From an uncultured Phycisphaerales bacterium (lineage in GTDB: Bacteria; Planctomycetota; Phycisphaerae; Tepidisphaerales; Tepidisphaeraceae): a stretch of 64,000 nt of DNA. The position numbers and the translations under genes were made by a program. The notes beneath the pieces were generated by a model. The model made no database searches. It saw only the letters and a program-made list of their open reading frames with translations, and was not told where the DNA came from. Below, piece after piece: positions 10,071 through 21,245 of the stretch. The stretch is taken from NCBI GenBank assembly GCA_963755915.1, contig CAVWLP010000002.1, positions 1,728,001 to 1,792,000 on the forward strand, in the 5' to 3' direction. How positions within the stretch are numbered: position 1 is the first letter of the stretch; each line of letters opens with the position of its first letter.

Positions 10071-10248
10071 CGGTGACACCCGAGCAGTTTCTGGGGCAGT
10101 TTCTGCGCCATCGGGGAGCTCGATCTGCAACAAAGGTCGAGGATCGTCGTCTTAATAGGTTGATGGACGGAATGCCGTGGCCGGTCAACCTTGCTGCGCG
10201 GGGGGGAGGTTTATTCTGGTCTGGTGACCACTTCTATAAACCGGAGCT

Positions 10249-12486
10249 GTGAATGATCGGCGGAGGGAAGGAGCAACTGATGCGAATCGGGGGGAGAAGA
10301 ATCTTCGATTGGCGGGGTGGGTGATGGTCGTGGGGGTGCTGGTTTGCTATTCGATTCATATCGCGAGACTGGGGCTCGACTGGCGGCAGGATTTCTGGGT
10401 CTTCTGGGCCCCGGAACATGCCCAGGGAGATATCGATAATGCGATGAAGAATGGGGACATGGTGCTGCGCCATGCGGATGACATCGCCCAGGCGGATTCG
10501 AAGAATAGCCGGGGGCCGCTAGAGGTGAATGCGGCAACCATCGAGCATCCCGGGCCAGGCCTGTTTGATTCGCCGTTTACGGTCGGCAATTTTTTCCAGC
10601 GCTGGCATCGGCTCCGGCCCGTTTATGGGCAGATTATTCGCGGGTGGGTTGCGACCTATGAGGATCTTTTTCACAGCAATCCCGACCAGGATTACGATCT
10701 GGATTATCCACCGATGCGGCTGCTGACGATGACGCTTTGGACGTGGAAGGTGCAGAGCGAGTATCCGGGGCTGACGCAGTTTCCGCATCAGCCGCAGCGG
10801 GTGTTCGACCCGTATCGGAACCAGTCGGTGCTGGCGACGATGGACGTGGCCCAGCCGGTGCTGAGGATCAACGAAATTGCCGAGGGAACGACGGCGATCT
10901 CCGTTTTCCTGCTGGTGTGGCTCTGGATGGAGCGGCGGCCGAAATCGCTGGGGCTGGCGCCGTTGGGGTGTGCGCCGGAATCCTGGCGGGCGCGGTGGGG
11001 GGATCCGATGCTGCTGGCGCCGGTGGTGATCCTGGGGATTTGCGCACTGTTCCGGTCGAACGTGACCTGGACGTGGGCGCTCTCCGCGCCGGATAGTCTC
11101 AGTACATCGCTCATCGATCCGCGGGTGGTCAGCGTGAGCTGGTGGGTGATGCTGCTGCTGAGATTTTTGTCGGCCGTCTCCCTGGCGCGATTTTTGCCCC
11201 GGCCATATCGAGCGCCGATGTGCGCGCTCGTGGCCGGCACGTTTGCCTGGCTGAATCCCGCCTCGATTTTGGATTCGTTCGGCTGGCCGCAGTGGGACAC
11301 CTGGCTGCCGCCATTTTTCCTGGTGGCGGCCGTGCTGGCGACGCTCGACTGCTGGGTGATCGCGGGGCTGGTGCTGGGGGTGGGGTGCATGTTCAAGGGG
11401 CAGTTGATTTTCGTTTCGCCGGTGCTGTGGCTTTGCCCGCTGCTGGCGGGGTGGCCCGGGAAATTCATGCGGATCGTCACCGGGACCGCGGCCGGGGCGG
11501 GATTGATCGTCTGGCCCTGGCTGGTGACCAATGAGATGGCGCTGAAATGGGTCTTCTTCGCGGTGGCGACGGCGGTGTTTTTCTGCGCGCTTTCGGTGCT
11601 GCGGGGATTTTTGTGGGAAGAAGGGAAGGAGGCGTGGCGACAGTTATCCGGGAAATGGACGCCCCGCGTGAACCAGGGAATCCTGGCCGGCGGAGGGATC
11701 GGAATCGTAGCCGTGCTCTGGCTGACGGGGGCGCTGATGATTCGCCACGGAACGTCGATCGCGCCGGTGCTGCTGGGGATCGCCATCGTCGCGGTGCCCT
11801 GGGTGCTGCGCCGAAAACTGACGGGGGCATGGATTTTGTTCGTCTTCGCGGCGTCGCTTTGGCTGGTTTATGTCTACGCGGGAGGCAGTACGTCGTGGTG
11901 GGACGTGGGATTTGTGTATGGCACGCAGAAGCATTCCGTCATGCAGCTTGGGGCGGAGAGCCTGAGCAATCTCTCGTCGCTGCTGCATGAGCGATATCAA
12001 TGGGAGCTACACGATCACGTGACGACGCTGAATTTGCTGGGGCATCCAATCGATCTGGACGTGCAGGGGTTTTGCGGGGCGATTTATTTCGTATGCGCGT
12101 TTTTGTGCGCCGGCGCGGCCGCGATGCACATGCGGCGCAATGACGCCCGGTTTCTCATCGTATTGGTAGCCCCGTGGGTCCTGTTTACCATGCTCCTGAC
12201 GCAGATGACGGCGCGGTATACGGTGCTGCCGGCGGTGGTTGCCTCCAGCCTGGTGGGGGTTTCGGTGGAGATGAGCTTGTTCCCGTTTTTGCAGACGGTG
12301 CTGGCGTGTCTGATGCTGGGGAACCAGACCATGGGAAGCCAGAGCGCCACTGCGCCGATCACATTTTCGATCACCTCGCCGACGTATCCCGATCTGGGCT
12401 GGCTAACGGTTCTGCTGGCAGCGGTCTTCCTGGTGAGCGCGCTGATGCCGACGATTCGGTGGCGGCGGCGGGTCGAGGTGCTCTGA
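10249..12486 (+). CDS. Multi-TM GT-C fold glycosyltransferase, ALG6/ALG8-like (paralog 1)
   Basis: DYDLDYPP, NPASILDSFGWPQWD, GCMFKGQ, TQMTARY; many TM segments. Confidence 0.7.
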   Translation: MNDRRREGATDANRGEKNLRLAGWVMVVGVLVCYSIHIARLGLDWRQDFWVFWAPEHAQGDIDNAMKNGDMVLRHADDIAQADSKNSRGPLEVNAATIEHPGPGLFDSPFTVGNFFQRWHRLRPVYGQIIRGWVATYEDLFHSNPDQDYDLDYPPMRLLTMTLWTWKVQSEYPGLTQFPHQPQRVFDPYRNQSVLATMDVAQPVLRINEIAEGTTAISVFLLVWLWMERRPKSLGLAPLGCAPESWRARWGDPMLLAPVVILGICALFRSNVTWTWALSAPDSLSTSLIDPRVVSVSWWVMLLLRFLSAVSLARFLPRPYRAPMCALVAGTFAWLNPASILDSFGWPQWDTWLPPFFLVAAVLATLDCWVIAGLVLGVGCMFKGQLIFVSPVLWLCPLLAGWPGKFMRIVTGTAAGAGLIVWPWLVTNEMALKWVFFAVATAVFFCALSVLRGFLWEEGKEAWRQLSGKWTPRVNQGILAGGGIGIVAVLWLTGALMIRHGTSIAPVLLGIAIVAVPWVLRRKLTGAWILFVFAASLWLVYVYAGGSTSWWDVGFVYGTQKHSVMQLGAESLSNLSSLLHERYQWELHDHVTTLNLLGHPIDLDVQGFCGAIYFVCAFLCAGAAAMHMRRNDARFLIVLVAPWVLFTMLLTQMTARYTVLPAVVASSLVGVSVEMSLFPFLQTVLACLMLGNQTMGSQSATAPITFSITSPTYPDLGWLTVLLAAVFLVSALMPTIRWRRRVEVL

Positions 12487-12487
12487 C

Positions 12488-15183
12488 GTGACCACGCCAA
12501 CCACCCAGGCTTACGATTTGAAGGATTCAGCGCCGGCGCTGCCGGCGGCGGTGGCAGCGCCGCCTCCGCCGGTGATGATGGTCCGTCGCGACCGGCGGCT
12601 TCAGTGGTGGGGCAAATTCCTCACCTGGGCAATGGTGGTGGTCTTCCTCGCCGGCGGCACGCGCTGGGCCCTTCGCGCGGGCTTGGCCCAGCGCGATGAA
12701 ATGTGGCAGTACACCCATTCGATCCGCTTCAAGGAGGACATCAGCCGGGGGTATCAGTTCGGAAACGCGACGCTGCGCTACGCCGAAACCCAGGCGGGGC
12801 TCGATCCCTTGGCGGATGCCTATGCCGCACAAACCGCTGACTTTCTGCGCAAGCACGACCGCCCGGATTTAATCGGCAAGCAAAGCCCGACGTTTCGCCG
12901 GCTCACGATTCGCGAGGTGGCGGGCGGAATCGTCGGGTATATCGATTCGGTTGTGGAGCAGGGAGGCGATTACGACCTCGATTATCCGCCGCTTCGGCTC
13001 GGGGTGATGACGCTTTGGGTGCGGCACATTCAGCGCACGCATCCCGAGCTCGACACGTTTCCGCAGGAGCGAGCCGACGACACCGACCTGGTGCAGGAGG
13101 AGGACATCGCCGGACCGGTGCTGAATTTCAACAGCTTCTGCGAAGGCGCGGCCGCGGTGGGGATGTTTCTGCTGGTGTGGCTGTGGGTGCATCGGAGTTT
13201 CAAGCCGGTTGCGCCGCTGGCGATTGGGAGATGGATCCGGAAATTGCGCAGCGCGCCGAAGCCGCTGCTGACCCTGCGCCGCGCCCGTCGGGCCGCTGGG
13301 GTTGGACGGTCCCGCACGGGATTTTCGCCTTCATGGCGGCGACGACGGCGTTCTGGTGCGCGTACTCGGCGCTGGTGAAGTTTCCACCGCGACCGACGCC
13401 GGCGGTTTCGGTGGTGCAGATTCAGCCGGGGGACAATGGGGCGACGGTCGTGGTGAATGTTGACGCGCAGGGACAGGAGAGACGCGCAGTGGCATTTGCA
13501 GTGGGGGCCGACGGGGAGTTATGGGGAGAATTCCGCGGCGCAGTCGCTGGATTCATCGGTGGGGGACCAGCAGGTGAGCGCGCAATTGAGCCCGGTGCAG
13601 CCAGGCGAGACGATTCATTTTCGGGTATGCGCCAGCAGCCCCGGAGGGTGGACGAGCAGCGACGATTTTTCGTTCGTGAACCGCGGGGGAGCGATCGACG
13701 TCAACAGCGACCCGGTGGGGGGGATCGATTGGCCGAGCGCGACGGTTTGGCTGCGAATGCTGGTGCTGTTTGTCGCCATGGTCCTCAGGCGCAACTCCTG
13801 CCGCAGATGCACAAGGGGTGGGCGTGCGGAGCCGTGGCGGCCATGCTCGTCTGGTTTGATCCGATTATCCTCATCGATTCGCACGCCTGGCCGCAGTGGG
13901 ACGTCTGGATCCTGCCGATCTTCATTTTCGCGGTGCTGGCGGCTTCGCTGGACTGGTGGATGCTCGCCGGGGCGATGATCGGAATCGGGTGCATGTTCAA
14001 GGGGCAGATGCTGCTGGGGGGGCCGGTGCTGCTTCTCTGGCCCCTGATCGGTGGGCGATTGAAAATGTTTGGCCGGGCCGTGACCGGATTTGTGATTGCG
14101 GCGGAGCTGATCGTCTGGCCGTGGATCGTGAATTCATCAGCGGGATTGCACTGGATTGAATGCGCGATCATCGCGGCGCTGCTGCTGATGGGCGTTTCGC
14201 TGATGCGCCGGCAATTGTGGACGGCGATCCGCCAATGGCTGATCGACCCGCTCATCGGCCCGCGGAAGGGTTCGCGCGATCTGCTGGCAGATGGCGGTGG
14301 AGACAATGCGGCGACGGCGCTGGTAACCGCGTCGTCCGTGCTGGCCGCGGTCATCGTGGCGATGGTGCTGATCTTCGCCGGGATGATGCACAAGCAGTCG
14401 GCGCTGCCGCCGGGGACGATGACACTGTTTCTTCTGTTCGTGCTGGTTCCGCCGTGGCTGCTGCCGCGCAGGTCGCTCTTTTACTGGATGGCCGCCGTAG
14501 CCGCGGCCGCGATCTGGATTTCCTCCTCGGCATTCAACGGAAGCTATTCGTGGGCCGAGCTGGGCTTTGCCTATGGCGCGGTCAAGCACGACCAGATGCA
14601 GATGGGGCTGCGGAATTATTCGAATCTCACGTCGATCCTGGCCCAGAATTACCAGTGGGACATTCACGACACCATGGGCACGCTGCGCTTCGCCTTTTCC
14701 ACGCCGGGACCGTGGCGGATTGGAAGTTGGGCCATCCCCTCCGTGAAATGGAGCTGGTCAAGCGACCTGGACACGAAAACAACAATGGCCACGGTTTACG
14801 GCATTTGCCTCCTCATCTCCGCGGCCGCGGCGGCGCTGCACAGCCGCCGCAACGACCGGCGGTTCCTCGTGGCCATCATGGTGCCCTGGGTGGTCTTCCC
14901 GATCGTCATGTGCCAGATGGGCGGAAGATATCCGATCTGGGCATCGGCCCTCTCGGCAGCGATGGTCGCTGTGTCGCTGGAACTATCATTGTTGCATGTT
15001 TTGCTGGCAGTGGTCGGGTTTGCGACGATTGCGCATCAGCTTTTGAATTTTGACAATTCGCGGTGGCCGCAGTTGTTTGAGTTTATGACGCCGACGTTTC
15101 CCGGGGCGGGGTGGCTGATGGTGTTTGTGATGGGAATCTTCTTTTTCGCGGGGTTGGTGCCGAGTCGGACGTGCTCGGAGTGA
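12488..15183 (+). CDS. Multi-TM GT-C fold glycosyltransferase, ALG6/ALG8-like (paralog 2) with inserted Fn3-like domain; frameshifts near 13276, 13483 and 13789
   Basis: DYDLDYPP, DPIILIDSHAWPQWD, GCMFKGQ, CQMGGRY; pieces in ORFs 12488-13378, 13015-15183 and 13457-13978. Confidence 0.68.
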
Positions 15184-15186
15184 AGA

Positions 15187-15265
15187 TATTGCCTATTTCC
15201 AATTTCCTATTGATGGATCGCGATTTTTTTCTTCAATAGGCAATAGGAAATCGGCAATAGGAAAT
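15187..15265. repeat. Inverted heptamer-repeat hairpin (TATTTCC/CAATAGG-type units)
   Basis: tattgcc-tatttcc-aatttcc-tattga ... caatagg-caatagg-aaatcgg-caatagg-aaat. Confidence 0.85.
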
Positions 15266-15312
15266 CATCCTCGCGTTGGAAATTAACGCCAATCCCCCTT
15301 AATCTGCATCCC

Positions 15313-16413
15313 ATGAACGTAAAGCTTTTGGATTTACAGGCGCAGTACGCGCCGATCCGCGAGGAGATTCGCGCCGCGCTGGATGAAGTTTTCGATCACC
15401 AGGCCCTGGTGCTCGGGCCGCATGTTGAGAAGTTTGAGAAAAACCTGGCCGCCTATTGCGGCGTAAAGCATGCCATCGGCGTCAGCAGCGGCAGCGATGC
15501 GCTGCTGTGCTCGCTGATGGCCCTGGGGCTGAAGCCTGGCGATGAAGTCATCTGCCCGACGGTTACGTTTTTCGCGACCGCCGGAGCGATCGCCCGGCTG
15601 GGGGCCAAAATCGTCTTCGCGGATATCGAGCCGGCGACGTTCAACATCGATGTCTCCACGCTTGAGAAAAAGGTCACCCCCAAAACGCGGGCGATTATCC
15701 CCGTCGATCTCTTCGGTCAACTGGCGAATCTGGAGGCCGTGAACGAAATCGCCGCAAGGCACGATCTGAAGGTAATCGAGGATGCGGCCCAGTCGATTGG
15801 CGCCAAGCGCCATGGAAAGCGCGCCTGCTCGGCGGTCTTCGCCGGATGTTTGAGCTTTTATCCCACCAAAAATCTGGGCTCCTTCGGCGACGCCGGCGCC
15901 ATCTGCACCAACGACGACAGTTTCGCGGAAATCTGCCGGCTCATGCGCGTGCACGGCTCCGGCCATCAATATTTCCACAAATACGTCGGCGGGATGTTCC
16001 GCATGGCGGCCGTGCAGGCCGCGGTCCTGAACGTGAAACTAAAATATCTCGAGCAGTGGCACGAAGCCCGCCGGCGCAACGCGGCGATCTATGACACCAT
16101 GCTGGCCGGAAGCAAGGTGGTGACGCCGAAGATCGATGCCGGCAATTGGAGTATTTACAACCAGTACGTGGTCCGCGTGCCGAACCGCGACCGGGTAAAG
16201 CAGGTCTTGCAGGAAAAGGGCATCGGCTCGGCGATCTATTATCCACTGCCCCTGCATATGCAGGAGTGTTTCGCCTACCTGGGGTACAAGGCCGGGGATT
16301 TTCCGCAGAGCGAGCGGGCGTGCGCGGAGGTGCTGGCGCTGCCGGTTTATCCGGAATTGCCGGAAGAACAGGTGAGATACGTGGTAAAAGAGTTATTGGC
16401 CGCGGTCGGGTAA
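15313..16413 (+). CDS. DegT/DnrJ/EryC1/StrS sugar aminotransferase
   Basis: VSSGSDAL, VIEDAAQSIG, LSFYPTKNLGSFGDAG, LALPVYPEL. Confidence 0.97.
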   Translation: MNVKLLDLQAQYAPIREEIRAALDEVFDHQALVLGPHVEKFEKNLAAYCGVKHAIGVSSGSDALLCSLMALGLKPGDEVICPTVTFFATAGAIARLGAKIVFADIEPATFNIDVSTLEKKVTPKTRAIIPVDLFGQLANLEAVNEIAARHDLKVIEDAAQSIGAKRHGKRACSAVFAGCLSFYPTKNLGSFGDAGAICTNDDSFAEICRLMRVHGSGHQYFHKYVGGMFRMAAVQAAVLNVKLKYLEQWHEARRRNAAIYDTMLAGSKVVTPKIDAGNWSIYNQYVVRVPNRDRVKQVLQEKGIGSAIYYPLPLHMQECFAYLGYKAGDFPQSERACAEVLALPVYPELPEEQVRYVVKELLAAVG

Positions 16414-16472
16414 GAATTCCGCGAAGATTGAGCGTACTCAGCCGGAACAGCGGGCGCTGAAGATCGGGGTGA

Positions 16473-17261
16473 ATGCACGACCCTAATTCCTGGCAGAACA
16501 AATTCCACCCCTACACGCTAACCCATCTATGCGTCGTGCTGGTGTTTCTGGCGTTCGTGGTGGCGATGGTGCTGATGCGGCGGAGCGATGTCGTCGCCGA
16601 CGATCCGCCGCTCCGGCGGAGGATGGATCGCATCATCGGGTGGATCTGCCTCGCCGGGGCCTGTTTCGTCCAGCTTGTCACGCTCTGGCCCTCGCGGTTT
16701 GATTATCGCGCCTCGCTGCCGCTGCATATCTGCGACATTGTGATGTTTGTGGCGCCGCTGGCGCTTTTGCTGCACTGGCGGTCGCTGCGGTCGATCGCCT
16801 ATTTCTGGGGGCTGGGGCTATCGTCGATCAGCTTTATTTATCCCGATCTGTGGTTTGGCCCAGGGCATTTTCAGTTCTGGGTCTTCTGGACGGGGCATGC
16901 CTGCATCGTCGGTGCGGCGCTCTATGACATCACCGGCTGCGGGTTCAGGCCGAAATGGCACGACTACCGCTTCATCGCCTGGTTTTCGATCCTGTACGTC
17001 GCCATCCTGCTTCCGATCGACGCCCGGTTTCACCTGAATTACGGCTATATCGGGAAGACCTATGGCGGCCAGCGCTCGCCCACGGATTTTCTGGGCGTCT
17101 GGCCCTGGCGGGTCCCCTTAATGCTCCTGATGGCGCTGGGGATAATGTTTGCTCTGCTGCTGCCCTGGGTGATCCGCCACAAGATCGCCGCGAAGAACCT
17201 GGAAGAGAAGCAGGAAAGCGGGGGACCGGCGCCGCAAGGGTTGCAGAGCGGGGTCCGATAA
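16473..17261 (+). CDS. YwaF/TIGR02206-like integral membrane protein
   Basis: SLPLHICD, NYGYI, LGVWPW; about 7 TM segments. Confidence 0.85.
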   Translation: MHDPNSWQNKFHPYTLTHLCVVLVFLAFVVAMVLMRRSDVVADDPPLRRRMDRIIGWICLAGACFVQLVTLWPSRFDYRASLPLHICDIVMFVAPLALLLHWRSLRSIAYFWGLGLSSISFIYPDLWFGPGHFQFWVFWTGHACIVGAALYDITGCGFRPKWHDYRFIAWFSILYVAILLPIDARFHLNYGYIGKTYGGQRSPTDFLGVWPWRVPLMLLMALGIMFALLLPWVIRHKIAAKNLEEKQESGGPAPQGLQSGVR

Positions 17262-17311
17262 CCCGCGACGGTTGTAATAGAAGCTTAACTCGCGCCCGGA
17301 CCGATAGATGA

Positions 17312-18122
17312 ATGGACGGCGTGAGCGACGTGCAACCCCCTACTGCCGGAATCGAGCAATCCCTGCTGGGCCAGCTTGGCCAGACCCAGCGGCAGCTTGA
17401 CGAGCTGCGCCAGCAGCTAACCGAATCCCAGCGCCTCGCCACCATCGGCACCATCTCCGCCGTCATCGCCCACGAGTTCAACAATCTCCTCACGCCGATG
17501 GTGAGCTATTCCCAGTTTGCGCTTCAGAGCGCCAAAAGCGATAAGCCCGACATGGAGCTGATCATCAAGGCCCTGGGCAAGGCCTTCGCCGGGGCCGAGA
17601 AGGCCGGGAAGATCTGCGCGGCGATGCTGGCCCTGGCGCGGGGGGAGACGTCGTTTAACAAGGTGCCGGTGCAGACGCTGATCGACCAGGTGCTGGCAGT
17701 GCTGGCGCGATCCGCAGAAGGACGGCATCGCGCTGCGCGTCCAGGTGCAGGGGGATCTGTGCGTGCAGGGGGAAGACGTGCAGCTTGAGCAGGTGCTGCT
17801 CAACCTGCTGATCAACGCGCGGCAGGCGATGCTCGGCAGGGGCGGCTCGCTGACGATCAAGGCAACCGCGACGGGGGAGAGCGAAGTAAAAATCCAGGTC
17901 ATCGACACCGGCCCGGGGATTCCGGAGAACCTGCTGCCGAAAATTTTTCAGCCATTTTTCACCACCAAGGGGACGACGAAAAAAGACGAGGCGCGGGGCA
18001 CAGGATTGGGCCTGGCGATCTGCAAAGACATCATCGAGCATCACAAGGGGCGGATCACGGTCGAGAGCAAGGTTGGGGAGGGGACGACGTTTAACGTCTT
18101 TCTGCCGGCCGCGACAAACTAA
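17312..18122 (+). CDS. Cytoplasmic histidine kinase (HisKA + HATPase; frameshift near 17705)
   Basis: IAHEFNNLL H-box; LLNLLINA, DTGPGI, IFQPFFTTK, GTGLGL. Confidence 0.92.
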
Positions 18123-18177
18123 CAAACCACTCCCACCCGGAATCCGCCTCTCATCAACTACTATTATTTTTCCCCGT

Positions 18178-18224
18178 GTAGCCGCCGGGCTTGACCTCGG
18201 TGAGCTGTGTCGAACCGCCCGGCG
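18178..18224. repeat. GTAG-headed REP-like hairpin (family B) with a family C repeat nested in its loop
   Basis: gtag-ccgccgggc-tt[gacctcggtgagctgtgtcgaacc]-gcccggcg. Confidence 0.7.
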
Positions 18225-18311
18225 CGTCCCCTGACACCTCAAGGCCCCCCCGAACGTAACCAGGGCAAATAAAATTATGCCGCTTTCCATCGCGACGGTA
18301 GACTGAGGCCT

Positions 18312-18908
18312 ATGTCCGAAATCGAAACACTCGAAGCGGAAATTCAAAAGAAGATCGCCCGGCTGAATGAGCTGCGCAAGAAGGTCAAACCCGCGGCCGT
18401 GAAGAATTATCAGTTCAAAACGCTCGACGGCGGCGTCTCTCTGCTTGAGCTCTTTGGCGACAAATCCAAACTCTTCGCCATTCACAACATGGGCCAGGGC
18501 TGCCGCTATTGCACGCTCTGGGCGGATGGACTCAACCCGTTTGTGCCGCATCTGGAGAGCAAATTTGCCGTGGTCCTGCTTTCAAAGGATCCGCCCGATG
18601 TCCAGCGGGCGTTTGCCAATTCGCGCGGATGGCGGTTCCGCACGGCCTCCCACGGCGGTGGGAAATATATCCAGGAGCAGACGACCCATAAGGGCCAGGA
18701 CAATTTTCCCGGCCTCGTCTGCTATCAGCGGAAGGGGAACAAAATTTTCAAATTGAACTCCGTGGAATTCGATCCCGGCGATCTCTATTGCCCCATCTGG
18801 CATATCCTGAGCCTCGGCGGAATGGGCGAGGAATCCTGGACGCCGCAATACTCTTACTGGAAACGCCCGCAGAAGCTGGATGATGGAGGACAGAATATTC
18901 TCGAGTGA
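18312..18908 (+). CDS. DUF899 family thioredoxin-like protein
   Basis: NYQFKTLDGGVSLLELFGDK, GCRYCTLWADG, FANSRGWRF. Confidence 0.88.
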   Translation: MSEIETLEAEIQKKIARLNELRKKVKPAAVKNYQFKTLDGGVSLLELFGDKSKLFAIHNMGQGCRYCTLWADGLNPFVPHLESKFAVVLLSKDPPDVQRAFANSRGWRFRTASHGGGKYIQEQTTHKGQDNFPGLVCYQRKGNKIFKLNSVEFDPGDLYCPIWHILSLGGMGEESWTPQYSYWKRPQKLDDGGQNILE

Positions 18909-19011
18909 GCTACGGGGATCAGGGCTTCATCCGCTGAAAAATCCACATTTTTATCGGACTATCTCACGTTTTCGCGCGGGCCGAGCCGATAGGAGGGTCG
19001 GGAGTCTATCT

Positions 19012-19623
19012 ATGCCCGTCACCGTCGATCATTCGCCCCTGTCCGCCGAGGAACTGGGTCTCAAGACCGTCGGACAGGTCCTCGCCCACCTCCAGAGGAA
19101 AAAGCGCCTGGTCGTCCACGTCCTGATCGACGGCTTGGTGCCCGACCTCCGCCACCTCGGCGACATGCGGCAATCGCCGGTCGAGAAGCATCACGTCTTC
19201 ATCGAAACCGCCGACCCCCGCGAAATGGCGATGGAAGTCCTCAAGCAGGTCGAAGCCCAGATCGGCGAGGCGGACCGCATCAAAAATGAAGCGGCCAGGC
19301 TGCTCCAGACCAATCAAAATGTCCGCGCGATGGAGAAACTCTCAGGATGCCTCACCACCTGGCATCACGCCCAGGAATCACTCCTGAAAACCGCCCGGCT
19401 CATGAAGATCGATCTGGACAAGATCACCGCCGGCGGTCGCCCCATGAAGGAATCGATCCTCCTTTTCGCCGAACAGCTCAAGCAAATCCGCACCGCCCTG
19501 GAAAACCGCGATTTCGTGACCCTCAGCGACGTGCTGATCTACGAAACCGAGCAAACCGGGCCCCGGTGGCGCGACATGCTCGATGCGCTGCGCCGCGCAA
19601 TCGGCGCGGACGCGCCCGCGTAG
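19012..19623 (+). CDS. Conserved hypothetical helical protein
   Basis: ATG at 19012 after aggagg/ggag; C-terminal ALENRDFVTLSDVLIYE; good codon pattern. Confidence 0.75.
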   Translation: MPVTVDHSPLSAEELGLKTVGQVLAHLQRKKRLVVHVLIDGLVPDLRHLGDMRQSPVEKHHVFIETADPREMAMEVLKQVEAQIGEADRIKNEAARLLQTNQNVRAMEKLSGCLTTWHHAQESLLKTARLMKIDLDKITAGGRPMKESILLFAEQLKQIRTALENRDFVTLSDVLIYETEQTGPRWRDMLDALRRAIGADAPA

Positions 19624-19629
19624 AAAGCA

Positions 19630-20568
19630 TCACAGTTCCTTCGTGAGTTCCGGCGGCTTATTGACGCCGGCCTTGCCCCTGAAATCCCGGCATCCCGGTC
19701 CAGCACCCAGCCGCTCAAAATCGATTTCGCTGTTGATCTCAGCGCCCACCAGCAGCACCAGCCCGTCGATATAGAAAAAAAGCAGAAGAATCGCCGCGCC
19801 GCCCACCGTCCCGTAGGTCTGGTCGTAGCGGGCAAAGCGATTGACATAAAACCGAAAAACAAAATTCGTGAGCAGCCAGACGAGGGCCGTGAAAATCGCC
19901 CCGGGGCTGAGAAGGTTGAACCGCTGGCGGATGTTGGGGCCGAATTGGTAAATCACGCCCGTAACGGCCAGCGCGAAAAAGATGGACAGAACATATCGCG
20001 CCGCGTCGAAAGCGAAATAGATGCGCCCGGTGATGACGCCGTGTGACGCGGCCCACGCCCCCACGGCTTCACCGATGGGCAGTAGAACAATCAGGAACAG
20101 CACACCAATCGTCACCCCGATCGTCAGCACAATGGCGACCGCCCGCTGGTGGATATACGACCGGGTCTGCTTCACGTCGTAGCACCGGTCCAGCGCCGAC
20201 ATCGTCATCGACATTCCCCCGCTGGCGACCCACACGCTCACCACCAGCCCGATTCCCAGCCAACCCGTCCGCGGCTTGTCCACGACCTGCTTGATGTTGT
20301 CGTTGAGCGTCGAGGCTTCCTTTCCCAGAATCTGGCTGATGAACCCCGCCACGGCGCTGCTGGCATTTGCCCTGGTTTTGTCCGGGAGATACGGCACGAG
20401 GCTCAGCAGCAGGATCAAAAACGGAAAAATCGAAAAGAGCCACGAATACGCCAGTGCCGATGCCCACACGTAAATCCCATCTTCGTTCATCTGCTGGCGG
20501 ACGCAGCGCAGGAACGCCCAGGCTCCATGAGATTTCAGCACCGGGCGAACGTCACGCAGAGAGGCCAT
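19630..20568 (-). CDS. YihY/BrkB family membrane protein
   Basis: ASALAYSWLFSIFP, YDQTYGTVGG, LLVGAEINS. Confidence 0.93.
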   Translation of the reverse strand: MASLRDVRPVLKSHGAWAFLRCVRQQMNEDGIYVWASALAYSWLFSIFPFLILLLSLVPYLPDKTRANASSAVAGFISQILGKEASTLNDNIKQVVDKPRTGWLGIGLVVSVWVASGGMSMTMSALDRCYDVKQTRSYIHQRAVAIVLTIGVTIGVLFLIVLLPIGEAVGAWAASHGVITGRIYFAFDAARYVLSIFFALAVTGVIYQFGPNIRQRFNLLSPGAIFTALVWLLTNFVFRFYVNRFARYDQTYGTVGGAAILLLFFYIDGLVLLVGAEINSEIDFERLGAGPGCRDFRGKAGVNKPPELTKEL

Positions 20569-20617
20569 GGGCCAATTGTTGGTCCGCCCATTCAGAATTG
20601 CAATGGAGTTTCCTGAT

Positions 20618-21239
20618 TCAATGACCCGTCGTCGCAGCGGTTTTTCGCACCAGGCGGTAAAGCAGCAGGATCGCAATGATCGCGATGAACGCGGTCTGCT
20701 TGAGGTGATACCCGTCGATGAGCGCCTGCCACCCCACCAGCTTGCCGAACATCGCATAGTGCATCCCGGCACAAATGACCGAGATATACACAAGCTCATG
20801 CAGCCGCTTCCATCGCGCCGCCCCGAGCCTCTTGATGCTGGCGTTGGTGGACGTAAGGGCCAGCGGAACCATCAGCAGCAGCGCGATCATTCCAAAGAGG
20901 ATGAAGTTGTTCTGAATGACGTCCAGCACGACGGCGCTCACACTGAGCTGCCGCTCAACGCAGAAATAAATCGAGAAATGCGCGCAGCGCGTAGAAGAAA
21001 GCAAACAGCCCCAGCATCCTGCGGAAATGGCTCAGCCAGTTCCACCCCGAAATCTTTCGCAGCGGCGTTACCGTCAGGGTAAGAACCAGGAAGGTAAGCG
21101 CCGTCAGTCCGGTCACGTGGATCGCGCGGTCGACGGGATTAGCGCCGAGCTGATGCCAATAGTTGTCCCACATCAACATCGCCCCCGGCACCAGGCCGTT
21201 GACGAGCAGCGCGAATTTTGCGAAGCCGGGATCTTTCAT
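20618..21239 (-). CDS. msrQ: Methionine sulfoxide reductase heme subunit MsrQ (frameshift near 20980)
   Basis: LGANPV, TLTVTPLR, RRMLGLFAFFY, LALTS, WKRLHELVY; directly downstream of msrP. Confidence 0.93.
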
Positions 21240-21245
21240 CTGAAT

